A stretch of DNA of 51,145 nucleotides from Gemmatimonadota bacterium (GCA_003697105.1 RFFQ01000186.1:1-51145), one strand, 5' to 3'. Counted from the first letter of the stretch, positions 31,006-40,645 are shown. Translations and numbers: made by a program. Notes: generated by a model from the sequence alone, not told the origin.

Positions 31006-32586
31006 ATGAAGCTAAGAATCGCACTGGTTCTTGGGGTCTGTTTACTGGCAAATTCGGCGCTGTTTTCCCAACCGGTCTCTGCGGACTATGCCGAGCAAAT
31101 GCGGGCTTTTCAAGGTGCACTTCGTACCATCAAAATGTACTATGTCCAAGATGTGGATTCTGAAGACCTGATTTACCGGGCGATTGATTCCATGCTGGAA
31201 CAACTCGACCCTCATAGTAACTTTTTGGATGCCGCCGCGGCAAAAAGACTGGCGGAGGAGCATCGCGGTAGTTTTGGGGGTTTGGGCATTGTGATCACGA
31301 TTCGGAATGACGTCTTAACGGTTTCCGCCCTGATCAATGATCGGACTCCGGGGGCGCTTGCCGGCCTGCTACCGGGGGATCAGATCATCAAAATTGAAGG
31401 AGAATCAACTGAAGGCATTACCACCAGCGAAGCTGCCCAAAAAATGCGCGGTCCCATTGGTACAAAAGTGACCATTACCGTCAAGCGCGCCGGTGTGGAC
31501 GAGCCGATTGATTTTACCATCACGCGCGGTAATATTCCGGTGGATACCGTACCGTACGCGTTTATGGTCGCACCGGGGATTGGTTATCTCCGGTTGGAGC
31601 GCTTTACCCAAAAGGCCATCCATGAATTCAATAAATACGTCAAAGAATTAGAAGATGCCGGGATGGAAAGCCTCATTTTAGATTTGCGGGGAAATCCCGG
31701 TGGCTATTTAGAACAGGCGTTTGGTATTGCGGAGCAGTTTATCGGTGATCAGGGTGTTATTGTTGAAACACGAGGGCGAATCCCGCGATCCACCCGGAAA
31801 TACCGCTCCCGGCGCGCACAACCCTTGCGGAAGTATCCGGTGGTGGTGCTGGTGAATGAAGGTAGTGCGAGTGCCTCCGAAATTGTAGCCGGTGCATTGC
31901 AAGACTGGGATCGCGGTTTAGTGGTCGGTGAAACGACATTTGGCAAAGGTTTAGTGCAACGCGTGTTTACCGCTCGAACGCCACCCTACCCCATTACTGC
32001 CTGTGACGGTTGCCAGTTGAAATTGACGACCGCGCGGTATTACACCCCAAGCGGGCGGTGTATTCAAAAACCATACGAAGGACTTGACATCTTCAACTAC
32101 CGCCATGAGCGGATTACGGACACCAAAGACCGCCCAAAATATCAAACCATGCACGGGCGTACCGTTTACGGCGGGGGAGGAATTTCCCCAGATGTGGAAG
32201 TGAAAATGGATAAGTTGAGTAAAGTCAGCTCCATTTTGCGTAGCCGTAATGCGTTCCGGCTGTTTGTCCAATACTATTATGAGCATATTCAACCGTTAGC
32301 GAACCTAACGGAAGTCCCTTCGGTGGATTCTACGCTCCAACAGCATTTTCTGACCTATCTGGAAACAGAAGCGATCCGCGTTGAACCGGAGGATGTGAAA
32401 GAAGATTGGGATTACATCCAACATGCCTTGAGCTACGAACTCACTTTAGAATATTGGAGCAAAAAGGGAACAGATTACCACCATGCCCGGCAAGAAGCGT
32501 ACAAACAACTGATTCCCGTAGATACCCAATTAGCGAAAGCAATTGAACTGGCACCTAACGCCGAAGATTTGTTGGCACAGTGGTAA
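31006..32586 (+). CDS. S41 family C-terminal processing peptidase (CtpA-like) with PDZ domain
   Basis: Signal peptide, LDPHS, DLRGNPGG, SASASEI, TFGKGLVQ, YYTPSGR. Confidence 0.93.
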   Translation: MKLRIALVLGVCLLANSALFSQPVSADYAEQMRAFQGALRTIKMYYVQDVDSEDLIYRAIDSMLEQLDPHSNFLDAAAAKRLAEEHRGSFGGLGIVITIRNDVLTVSALINDRTPGALAGLLPGDQIIKIEGESTEGITTSEAAQKMRGPIGTKVTITVKRAGVDEPIDFTITRGNIPVDTVPYAFMVAPGIGYLRLERFTQKAIHEFNKYVKELEDAGMESLILDLRGNPGGYLEQAFGIAEQFIGDQGVIVETRGRIPRSTRKYRSRRAQPLRKYPVVVLVNEGSASASEIVAGALQDWDRGLVVGETTFGKGLVQRVFTARTPPYPITACDGCQLKLTTARYYTPSGRCIQKPYEGLDIFNYRHERITDTKDRPKYQTMHGRTVYGGGGISPDVEVKMDKLSKVSSILRSRNAFRLFVQYYYEHIQPLANLTEVPSVDSTLQQHFLTYLETEAIRVEPEDVKEDWDYIQHALSYELTLEYWSKKGTDYHHARQEAYKQLIPVDTQLAKAIELAPNAEDLLAQW

Positions 32587-32630
32587 TCGACCACAGAGGA
32601 GGTCTCAAACAAGGGGATTTCAATCGGTTC

Positions 32631-32664
32631 AAAAAGCGGGGATGTTGGGTCTCCGCTTTTCTTT
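32631..32664 (+). terminator. Putative intrinsic terminator
   Basis: AAAAGCGGGGA / TCTCCGCTTTT stem followed by T-rich sequence. Confidence 0.55.
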
Positions 32665-32676
32665 ATGGAGGTAGGC

Positions 32677-33657
32677 GTGAAGTTTCGGCGTTTAGAACGA
32701 GACCTTTTTGGCACATGGCTGTATGCCACCGTGCCGGAGGATCAAAAAAAAGCGATAAAAATACTCGGTACCGCCACCGATGGTGATGATGTGAGCCACG
32801 CCCGGCGGTTGCTCCTAGAATGCCTTGCCCGCAACATCCACACCGAAATGGCTGTTACCAGTCTGCTAAACCTTGGATTGGTAGGTTACGAACTCCCGCA
32901 ACTAACCGATTTTTTGCTCCGTCCTGACCGGGACAGCAGCCGTACGCGGGGACAAACCATAGATGCTATTGCCGCTCTTCCCATTAGAGACGCCATGTTG
33001 TTTTTGCGCGATCTCTACCAGCACCCGGATGCCTCCATATCACTCAAAGTGATGATCATCATTGCCGTGATAAATACGGGTGACCCCGCCCGGTTGGAAC
33101 CGCTGATCAACTGGATCGACATTACCTCCGAGGTTGTGGAAATTGAGCGACTCCACCAGATCATACGTAAAACCGGTGATACCCCGACCCCGACAGATAG
33201 TTTACTTCCGGTATTCTTAGTGGCGCTACTGAAAAAATTTCAAAATGACGCGCCGGATGCGTTACAATATCGCTATCAAACCTATTTTATCCTCAGTTGG
33301 TTTCGTGACCATCCCCACCACATTGATGAAGCTGTCATTGACCGGTTCGTGCCGTTGCTTCATGACCCTCCGCTGTTTCCTCATGTCAAGGCTGCCCTCG
33401 ATCAGGTGGCACAACAGACACCATCCCATCCGTTGAAGAAAATCTTGCAAGAAAAAGAGTGGGAGAGTATTCGGCACCGGGTGGAAACACGGCTTGCCGC
33501 AGGAGATTTTACAGATGCCGCTACCGTGGATCACATTACTGATGAGGTTCTGAAAACGATTATCCGGCAACGGGTGGTGGAAATGCCGGAGACAGAACCT
33601 TCCGATGTCGTCGGAAATGTGATTCAAAATGTCCTGCGTACTTTGGGGTTAGATTAG
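32677..33657 (+). CDS. Hypothetical alpha-helical (HEAT-repeat-like) protein
   Basis: GGAGG before GTG at 32677; amphipathic helical repeats such as RGQTIDAIAALP...AMLFLRDL. Confidence 0.55.
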   Translation: MKFRRLERDLFGTWLYATVPEDQKKAIKILGTATDGDDVSHARRLLLECLARNIHTEMAVTSLLNLGLVGYELPQLTDFLLRPDRDSSRTRGQTIDAIAALPIRDAMLFLRDLYQHPDASISLKVMIIIAVINTGDPARLEPLINWIDITSEVVEIERLHQIIRKTGDTPTPTDSLLPVFLVALLKKFQNDAPDALQYRYQTYFILSWFRDHPHHIDEAVIDRFVPLLHDPPLFPHVKAALDQVAQQTPSHPLKKILQEKEWESIRHRVETRLAAGDFTDAATVDHITDEVLKTIIRQRVVEMPETEPSDVVGNVIQNVLRTLGLD

Positions 33658-33658
33658 C

Positions 33659-34468
33659 TCAAAATTCAATTTCTGCCAGTGCTATAAAATCGATAGTCTC
33701 TATATCGTCTTCCACGTCAATGCCATGTCCTACCTCGCCCTGCCGGCAATATGACCGGTACTGGCATTGGGGGCATTCTTTATCTTTCTTTTCCGTCTTT
33801 GTAAAGTCAGCTTCTGTGCGCAACTGGGTGATCTTCTGGATAGCGTTTTGCAATTTTGCTTTAACGTGCTGGTGGAACGTTTCATGGTATGCGATCACGA
33901 CAGGTTGCGCCGGATATTCGGCATACCAGTACACAAATGATATTTGTGCCGGAGAGATGGCTGTTTCTCCGTACAAATGTTGGCTACCTTCTGCCAACAC
34001 ATAGCAATAAACGGCAGTTTGCCAACTTTCTTTAAGCTGATTATACTTCGGTGGAGACTCGCTAGTTTTCCAGTCCACAATGACCGCCTCTCCACTGGGG
34101 GTGAAAATGAGCCGGTCATATTTTGCCGTTAGCCGGTAGCCTTCAAATGGTACTGAAAGTTCCACCTCAGAGAGATGCTCTCCGGCGGGTAAATCCGGTG
34201 GGGTGACCGTGTAGTTTACCCACCACTGCTTCAACTTTTCATCCTGTTGCAAAAGCGGGGAGACCTCCAGTCCCAGAGCCTCTTGGTAGACCAACTGGTG
34301 GAATGCCTGCCCCCGACGAATTTTGGCATCTTGTTCGGTTAGTTGGTGGGTCACCGGGGCGGGCCACGCCAGTTTTTTCACATCCCGCAGATAAAATTTG
34401 CGCGGACACTGGTCAAATAAGGTTAAACAACTCTGGCTAAACTGAAATTGATCGGGGATTAAAGACAT
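33659..34468 (-). CDS. PD-(D/E)XK nuclease, RecB/AddB/Cas4-like, with four conserved Cys
   Basis: FSQS...CPRKF, RGQAFH, E...KYDRL...IVDWKT, QTAVY, CPQCQYRSYC. Confidence 0.85.
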   Translation of the reverse strand: MSLIPDQFQFSQSCLTLFDQCPRKFYLRDVKKLAWPAPVTHQLTEQDAKIRRGQAFHQLVYQEALGLEVSPLLQQDEKLKQWWVNYTVTPPDLPAGEHLSEVELSVPFEGYRLTAKYDRLIFTPSGEAVIVDWKTSESPPKYNQLKESWQTAVYCYVLAEGSQHLYGETAISPAQISFVYWYAEYPAQPVVIAYHETFHQHVKAKLQNAIQKITQLRTEADFTKTEKKDKECPQCQYRSYCRQGEVGHGIDVEDDIETIDFIALAEIEF

Positions 34469-34477
34469 GAGGATTCC

Positions 34478-34781
34478 TTACGTTAAACTCATCCAATTGC
34501 GATCCTGACGGTAAAATGCCACCCGTAGGTTGGCAATTACATCATGGGGGGAGCTTGCCTTTTTCTATTGCCGCCGGTGAGCCAAATATTTACCGATGCG
34601 TTCCTCCGATAGTCCATAGCTACGTGCCGTATCGATCAAATTGATACCCGCGTCTAGTATCGTGTTTAATTAAGGTTTCTGCTTCTTTTTCTGTGATCTG
34701 ATTGTCGCCAATCTGCGCGGCGCCAAAGCCGAGTGCAGAGACCGTTATGCCAGTTGTGCCAAAATTTCGGGGTTGGATCAT
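34478..34781 (-). pseudogene. Aldo/keto reductase remnant (frameshift plus large internal deletion)
   Basis: MIQPRNFGTTGITVSALGFGAAQIG, then a frameshift near 34670 into [22 protein letters not shown], then TAG, then a C-terminal-like piece VIANLRVAFYRQDRNWMSLT*. Confidence 0.85.
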
Positions 34782-34876
34782 GAGCTATGGTTTATGGGGA
34801 CGCGTTAAACCGGGGGGTGTGTCTGAAAAAACCAGCTAAATACAAATAAATATTGTTTTATTTTTAGAGGTACCGG

Positions 34877-35278
34877 TCACGCCTTTGTTGCGGGGTTTGT
34901 TTCCCGATATTTGTAAAATGCTCGTATTGCGTAGTACGTGGCTATGGCGACGATCACTACGAAAAGCAGTGGTTGATGCCGTAATGGAAATGCGGGCATT
35001 TCTGCCAAATTCACGAAGACGAACAACGAGACGGGGTAGGATACAAATACCAGCAGATATAATTTTCGTTTCCACTCTCCCACGCCGATCATGGTGAGGG
35101 CTGCCCCTACTGTCGAGATGAAGGCAGAAAGTACCGGATGTGGCAGTTCTGGGGTGGGAGCCGTAGCTGCATCCAACAATAAGATTGAGAAGATCAGGCA
35201 GAGAAAAACGCCCGGAATTCCCACTAAAATAAACAGGAGTGTTTTTTGAAGATTTTCTTTGCTGAGAACAGATTCCAT
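34877..35278 (-). CDS. Small membrane protein (about 4 TM)
   Basis: GAGG upstream; four hydrophobic segments. Confidence 0.65.
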   Translation of the reverse strand: MESVLSKENLQKTLLFILVGIPGVFLCLIFSILLLDAATAPTPELPHPVLSAFISTVGAALTMIGVGEWKRKLYLLVFVSYPVSLFVFVNLAEMPAFPLRHQPLLFVVIVAIATYYAIRAFYKYRETNPATKA

Positions 35279-35295
35279 GGTGTGTTTTCCTCAAA

Positions 35296-36507
35296 TTAAG
35301 TGCAACGGGGCTTATTCCCCCGGCGATGGGGAGGATGAATATCGTATTTCCGGCGACTGACTACCAGCATACCATTGATCAGACGCTTTTTCCGGAAACC
35401 GAGCAAATGAAAAATTTGGATGGTGTACAGGCGAGCAATTCGGGTATTTACAATAAACGTATCGGATTGGTGCGGATGGCGGGTGACGCCCGGCAAAAGG
35501 TGTACCCACCGGCACGTCCGGAGCCGGCGCAAAAAGGATGAGACATACAACCAAAACGGCTGGATTCGTCGGGCTAGAAAGAAACCATCATCTCCCTGTC
35601 CTTGGTACAGCGGTAAAAATACGCGGCCGCTTTCTGGAGCGCGGATGTCTCCCTTACGGTCGGTTGCCAATAGTTGGTGCTTGTGGACGGGGGTCAAATT
35701 TTCAAAGCCGGGTTTCATGCGGAAGCGGTCTGCTGGCGTGATCCCATGACGGTAGCGGACTTCCAAAGTCCGGGGTAAGCCGCGGGTGGCGCGGGCAAGT
35801 TTGTGATGATACTGCCGGACTTCCGGAAAGTGCTTTGCCGAAAGGCAACCTGCCGAAACTAAGGATATCCAAATCGCCGCTTCCTGATAATCAATTGAAG
35901 AGGGGTCATCATGTTGACCGGCTTCAAATCCGTAGGAGACACAGCCCAAATCATTGACCCAACCCAACATCACGCCCTCAAGCGCTTCTTCAATGCCTAA
36001 AATCAAGGGGACGGGCAACCGGGACGCAAACCGCCGGTTCCGCAGGGTGTCTCCAAACAATACAAACGGGGCACTCCGGGCAGAAGAGGTGTGCAGGTCA
36101 ATAACGAAAAAATCCTCAAAAGGATGTTGCAGGGCATCATCCAAAACGGCGATTAATTCCTGTTGTTCTTGGTATTCAATCCCCGGTGGGAGATAAGGGC
36201 TTCTGGTACGGGCAATGATTTCATTGGTCCAGATACGGTTTAAATCTTTATCGACATAACGTTTTCCCAAGCGGAGCGCTGTTAAATTGCCGATCACCGC
36301 CATGAATTTGCCTCGAAAGGGCACTTTTTCATGTTCTAAACGTTGGAGCACTCGCCACAGGGCGATAACCCCGGAGCGCTCATTCCCGTGCATTGCTCCG
36401 ACACAAAAGACGATGGGTCCACCGTCAAACGTGCCGTATGTACCCAAAAGCCGGTTTTCAAAAGAGGTTTCGTGTAGTTCATCGTGCAGAATCAATGGTG
36501 CTGACAA
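35296..36507 (-). CDS. Succinylglutamate desuccinylase/aspartoacylase (AstE/AspA, M14-like) amidohydrolase; TTG start
   Basis: MHGNE, DLNRIW, IDLHTSS, FEAG Zn/catalytic motifs; GGAG RBS overlapping the end of the upstream gene. Confidence 0.88.
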   Translation of the reverse strand: MSAPLILHDELHETSFENRLLGTYGTFDGGPIVFCVGAMHGNERSGVIALWRVLQRLEHEKVPFRGKFMAVIGNLTALRLGKRYVDKDLNRIWTNEIIARTRSPYLPPGIEYQEQQELIAVLDDALQHPFEDFFVIDLHTSSARSAPFVLFGDTLRNRRFASRLPVPLILGIEEALEGVMLGWVNDLGCVSYGFEAGQHDDPSSIDYQEAAIWISLVSAGCLSAKHFPEVRQYHHKLARATRGLPRTLEVRYRHGITPADRFRMKPGFENLTPVHKHQLLATDRKGDIRAPESGRVFLPLYQGQGDDGFFLARRIQPFWLYVSSFLRRLRTCRWVHLLPGVTRHPHQSDTFIVNTRIARLYTIQIFHLLGFRKKRLINGMLVVSRRKYDIHPPHRRGNKPRCT

Positions 36508-36513
36508 TCTGAT

Positions 36514-38445
36514 TTACTCCTTTTTTAATTTTTCTTCGATTAAGTAGCCCGCGATTTTCATAAAGTCATGCTGGGTCACAATGCCCACCAGTCGCCCGTC
36601 GGAAACAACCGGTAGGCAGGAGACCCGTTCTTGTTTCATCAGGTCAATTGCATCTAAGGTGTGGGTTTCTGGGGAGACGGTGGGCATATCGCGCCGCATC
36701 ACTTCGCCCACCGTGACAGAAAGGAAATTCTCGCATTCAAAATCTCGTTGCAAAATATAGCGGATCAGTGTTCGGAACGAGATTAGCCCGACGAAATTGT
36801 GGTTATCATCTTCTACGGGGACATGCCGGATGTGATGCCACTTCATCAGGCTAATGACCATTTCGAGCAGGTCATCTTCATGCACGGTGAACAAATCCCG
36901 CGTCATATACTGTTCAACCTGAGCATAATGGTATTTCCAACTCTCATCTGAAGGTTCTAACTCTGCCAATTTCCACTCATGAACGGGTATTCCCTGTTTT
37001 TGGTATTTGATCATGGCTTGGGTCAGGGTTGCTAGACATTCTTCGGTAGTCCCTTCATCTTTCATTTGTCCGAACGAGTGAATTTGCCATTTGCAGCCGG
37101 TTTGAAAGGCATTAACGCGCTTTTCAATAACGCCCAAATAGCGATCAATATCCGCTTGATCAATCTCGGCACTTTCCAATCCCTTTTGCGCTAAGGGTAG
37201 GAGCTGGTTGATCAGCTCTTTTGCCGGTATAATCTTTTGGTCGAACCACACAAATTGCGAGTCCAACCCCCGCCGGGCGGCGGCGACAAAATTCCCTTTT
37301 ACATCATCAAAATCCATAAGGTCTTTTACCTTATCGCCGTATTTCCAGTCGATTCCGTTGATCAATCCAAACCAGAACGCGGCATTTGCGACTTCGTCCA
37401 GCACGGTGGGTCCGGCGGGCAACACGCGGTTTTCAATCCGCAGGTGGGCTTTACCATTGGTGATGCCGTAGCAGGGGCGGTTCCAGCGATAAACCGTGCC
37501 GTTATACAATGATAACGCTTTGAATTTGGGTAATTCTCCCCGCTTTAAAATATCAAACGGATTATCTTCCAGATCGCCATGTAAGATGGCGCGGCGGCGC
37601 GAAATATCCTCTTGGAAAATTTCCAATACCGATGTTTCCACCCAGCGGTCACCAAAATTAACCCGTGGATTTTGCTCCCGGAACGGCGTTTGAGGGAAGT
37701 TGCGTTTATCAACCGATTGTTGGAAGACGGCGATACGGGTTTCACACCACAACCGTTTACGGAACAAAAACGGGGAATTGGTGGCAACCGCCATCACCGG
37801 CGCCGTGACCAATTGGGTGATGTTGTACAACCGGGCAAATTTTGCCGGTGATACCTGAAAATGGACTTGAAAACTGGTATTGCAGGCTTCCAGCATCAGG
37901 GAATCATGACGGATGTGCAGTTCGTCAATCCCTTTTAAGAAGAACTCGAAGTCCGAGCCGCCACGCAAACGGTTTAGGGCGTTGTTGAGTTCAAAGTAGC
38001 GCGGATTATCGGTCATATTTTCAAGGGTTAAATCGGATTTACGCACCGTGGGTAGCGTGCCACTCAATACAATATCTGCTCCGAATTTTTGGGCGGCTTG
38101 CCGGGCGTTATCAATGTAGGTATTTAAGTTGGTTTCCAGTTGTCGCAAGCAGTCTCCCCCAAAGTCGATCGGGTCTAAGTTGAATTCAATATTGAACTTA
38201 CCGAGTTCGGTGGTAAAGTGGGGGTCACTTAATTCCGCGAGTACTTCCCGGTTAATCATGGCGGGGCGTGCCGCCTGATCGACTAAAAATAATTCTTGTT
38301 CGGCACCAATCCGGTGGACATCCGATTCAATCAGACCGGCGTTTAACATGTATTCAAATGCCCGAACATCCTCCAATAAGGCTCGGGTAAAATCGCGCAG
38401 ACCTTCTTGATTCTCAGAACTCGTCTTGATATTATGATCGCCCAT
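36514..38445 (-). CDS. Glutamate-cysteine ligase family (GCS2-like) carboxylate-amine ligase with C-terminal tandem CBS domains
   Basis: IGAEQELFLVD, TELGKFNIEFN, SFQVHFQV, YRWNRPCY, LRIENRVLPAGPT. CBS pair VEQYMTRD...IRHVPV...VGEVMRR...LPVV...LVGIVT. Confidence 0.88.
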   Translation of the reverse strand: MGDHNIKTSSENQEGLRDFTRALLEDVRAFEYMLNAGLIESDVHRIGAEQELFLVDQAARPAMINREVLAELSDPHFTTELGKFNIEFNLDPIDFGGDCLRQLETNLNTYIDNARQAAQKFGADIVLSGTLPTVRKSDLTLENMTDNPRYFELNNALNRLRGGSDFEFFLKGIDELHIRHDSLMLEACNTSFQVHFQVSPAKFARLYNITQLVTAPVMAVATNSPFLFRKRLWCETRIAVFQQSVDKRNFPQTPFREQNPRVNFGDRWVETSVLEIFQEDISRRRAILHGDLEDNPFDILKRGELPKFKALSLYNGTVYRWNRPCYGITNGKAHLRIENRVLPAGPTVLDEVANAAFWFGLINGIDWKYGDKVKDLMDFDDVKGNFVAAARRGLDSQFVWFDQKIIPAKELINQLLPLAQKGLESAEIDQADIDRYLGVIEKRVNAFQTGCKWQIHSFGQMKDEGTTEECLATLTQAMIKYQKQGIPVHEWKLAELEPSDESWKYHYAQVEQYMTRDLFTVHEDDLLEMVISLMKWHHIRHVPVEDDNHNFVGLISFRTLIRYILQRDFECENFLSVTVGEVMRRDMPTVSPETHTLDAIDLMKQERVSCLPVVSDGRLVGIVTQHDFMKIAGYLIEEKLKKE

Positions 38446-38657
38446 AACGGTTACTCCTTAATACCCAAAGATGGTGAAGGGTGCTATAGCAACCCGAAAT
38501 GACGGCGCCGTGGACGGGTCGTGCTACCTCGCGGTGCTGGAGGTATTGAATTGCTACAGATTTGGCGGGTTGATCCGGTAGATTATCAGTTTTAACATAT
38601 TCAAAATCAAAAAGCAAGAAGAATTTACGGGGGTAACTCCTGAACACCGGTTTGACC

Positions 38658-38686
38658 TTGACAGCCAATCCAGAGGGGGATATATT
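38658..38686 (+). promoter_or_regulatory. Putative sigma70 promoter for the USP gene
   Basis: TTGACA-17 bp-TATATT. Confidence 0.65.
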
Positions 38687-38752
38687 CCGTCACGAATGAG
38701 CGAAATGAGCGTTTTACCCCCAATACGCAATTCCAATAGAGGATACCTCATC

Positions 38753-39670
38753 ATGGAACGGTATGAACGTCTGTTAGTTTGTCTGGAATTGGCTGTTGAA
38801 CCGGTGGACCAAGCCATTATTGAATACACTGCCAAAATTACCCGGATGGCAAAATCAAAAACGGTTTATTTTATTCATGTCGTGCCTACCTTTGATCTTC
38901 CGGCAGACTTGATCGAAACGTATCCCAACTTGATGCCGGTCGATGAAATGGAAATCGCCCTGCTTCAAGACCGGGTAAACGCCTTTTTCGGGACGGCTTA
39001 TCCCGAAACAGACATCCAATTCGATGTGTTAGAAGGGGAAACTGTGACAGAAATTCTCCGCTATGCCAAAAACAAGTTGATCGACCTCGTTGTGCTGGGC
39101 AAGAAAAAAGCGGATCATCATGTGATTGTCACGGAAAAAGTGACACGGAAATCTCCTTGTTCGGTGTTGATCATCCCGGAAGGGTGCGGTACGGCACTCC
39201 AACAGATTTTAGTACCGGTTGATTTTTCACGTTATTCAGAAATTGCCTTAAATGTTGCCATTGAATTTGCCGCGGCGGTACATCCCCCTGCCCAAATTCA
39301 GGTCGCGCATACCTACGATGTGCCGGCAGGATACTACAAAACGGGAAAAACGTATGATGAATTTGCTGCAATCATGGCAGAACATGCTCGGGAAAAATAC
39401 CAGCAATTGATTCAGCGGGTTGACGTGCAGGGTATCGCGGTACAACCGGTATTCAAGTTGGATTCCAATGTGGTCAACAGCATCGAAGCCCTACTCACCC
39501 AAGAAAAGAGCGACCTGCTGGTGCTCGGTGCGCGAGGTCAAACCGATCCGGCATCATTGATACTCGGTAGTAAAACCACCAAGTTGATCCGGCAAATTGA
39601 AATCCCAATGCTGGTGGTGCGGGAAAAAGGAGATCGGGTGCATTTACTAGAAGCCCTGCTTCAAATCTAA
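38753..39670 (+). CDS. Tandem universal stress protein (2x USP)
   Basis: DLVVLGK...SPCSVLIIP; ILVPVDFS; DLLVLGARG...LILGS...IPMLVV. Confidence 0.9.
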   Translation: MERYERLLVCLELAVEPVDQAIIEYTAKITRMAKSKTVYFIHVVPTFDLPADLIETYPNLMPVDEMEIALLQDRVNAFFGTAYPETDIQFDVLEGETVTEILRYAKNKLIDLVVLGKKKADHHVIVTEKVTRKSPCSVLIIPEGCGTALQQILVPVDFSRYSEIALNVAIEFAAAVHPPAQIQVAHTYDVPAGYYKTGKTYDEFAAIMAEHAREKYQQLIQRVDVQGIAVQPVFKLDSNVVNSIEALLTQEKSDLLVLGARGQTDPASLILGSKTTKLIRQIEIPMLVVREKGDRVHLLEALLQI

Positions 39671-39715
39671 AGGTGACGGGACCCAGCACAGACCTTATTG
39701 GCACTAACTTTTACA

Positions 39716-39744
39716 TTGACACTGGCAAGTGCCTTTCATATAAT
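39716..39744 (+). promoter_or_regulatory. Perfect-consensus sigma70 promoter
   Basis: TTGACA-17 bp-TATAAT, with a GGCA-AG-TGCC dyad in the spacer. Confidence 0.85.
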
Positions 39745-39761
39745 CCCCCCACGGAGTACTC

Positions 39762-40619
39762 ATGAAAACCGAAGTGGCGTATTTCAACAGCCGTGAAGCC
39801 GCTCAAATTTTAGGCGTTAATGTTTCATCCGTAAAGCGTTGGACGGATGAAGGTAAACTGGAATGTATCCGCACTCTAGGCGGCCACCGCAAATTTATGG
39901 TGCGGCATCTATTAGACTTTTTGAAAAAGCACCGCCGCAAAACCTCCCAAGTTAATCTAACACCTATTGAGAGTGAAGCCGATCTGGAACTCCGGTACCA
40001 TATGTTTCGCCGGAATTATGAAGCCCTGATTCCACCTATTTATGAGCACGCATTTGAATGTCATCGGGATCAGCTTCAGCAAATATTGAATGAGCTTTAC
40101 CTGAGCCAATGTCCCTTGGCGGAAATTTACGGGGATATTCTAACGCCAGTATTGCACAAAATCGGTCATGAATGGGAGCAGGGGCGGATTTCGATCACGG
40201 AAGAACACATTGCCACCCAGACCATTCGGGATAGTATTATTCGGTTGCGGGGAATTATTCAGATACCCACTGCGAAAATTGGTAAAGTCCTCTCCCTCAA
40301 TTTATCCCATGAATTGCATGATATTGCCCTAAAGATGACCGAACATCTTTTGGAAACCAAAGGATTTGAGGTCTTTTACTCCGGTCAAATAACACCAACG
40401 ATCCACCTAGCACACGTTTTTGAGCGATACCAACCGGATCGATTGTATATTTCAAGTACGGTGGCGAAGGCAGATACGACCCAACAAGAACTAGACCGTC
40501 TATTTGCGTTATGTGAGGCGCACCATTGTGAAGTTTATGTCGGGGGGACCGGCTTTGACGCCCTTCAATACGATCATCCGGCAGTGATCCGACGAATTTA
40601 TCGCTTTCAGGATATTTAA
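39762..40619 (+). CDS. MerR/excisionase-type HTH plus cobalamin-binding regulator (CarH/LitR-like)
   Basis: EAAQILGVNVSSVKRW...RTLGGHRKF HTH; W-x9-EH (WEQGRISITEEH); E-x-H (ELH). Confidence 0.85.
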   Translation: MKTEVAYFNSREAAQILGVNVSSVKRWTDEGKLECIRTLGGHRKFMVRHLLDFLKKHRRKTSQVNLTPIESEADLELRYHMFRRNYEALIPPIYEHAFECHRDQLQQILNELYLSQCPLAEIYGDILTPVLHKIGHEWEQGRISITEEHIATQTIRDSIIRLRGIIQIPTAKIGKVLSLNLSHELHDIALKMTEHLLETKGFEVFYSGQITPTIHLAHVFERYQPDRLYISSTVAKADTTQQELDRLFALCEAHHCEVYVGGTGFDALQYDHPAVIRRIYRFQDI

Positions 40620-40645
40620 CCATTACTTAGGATAAACCAATTATT

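Noticed and set aside
33659-34468. CRISPR-Cas adaptation module
   Set aside because: Cas4-like motifs only; no cas1, cas2 or array.
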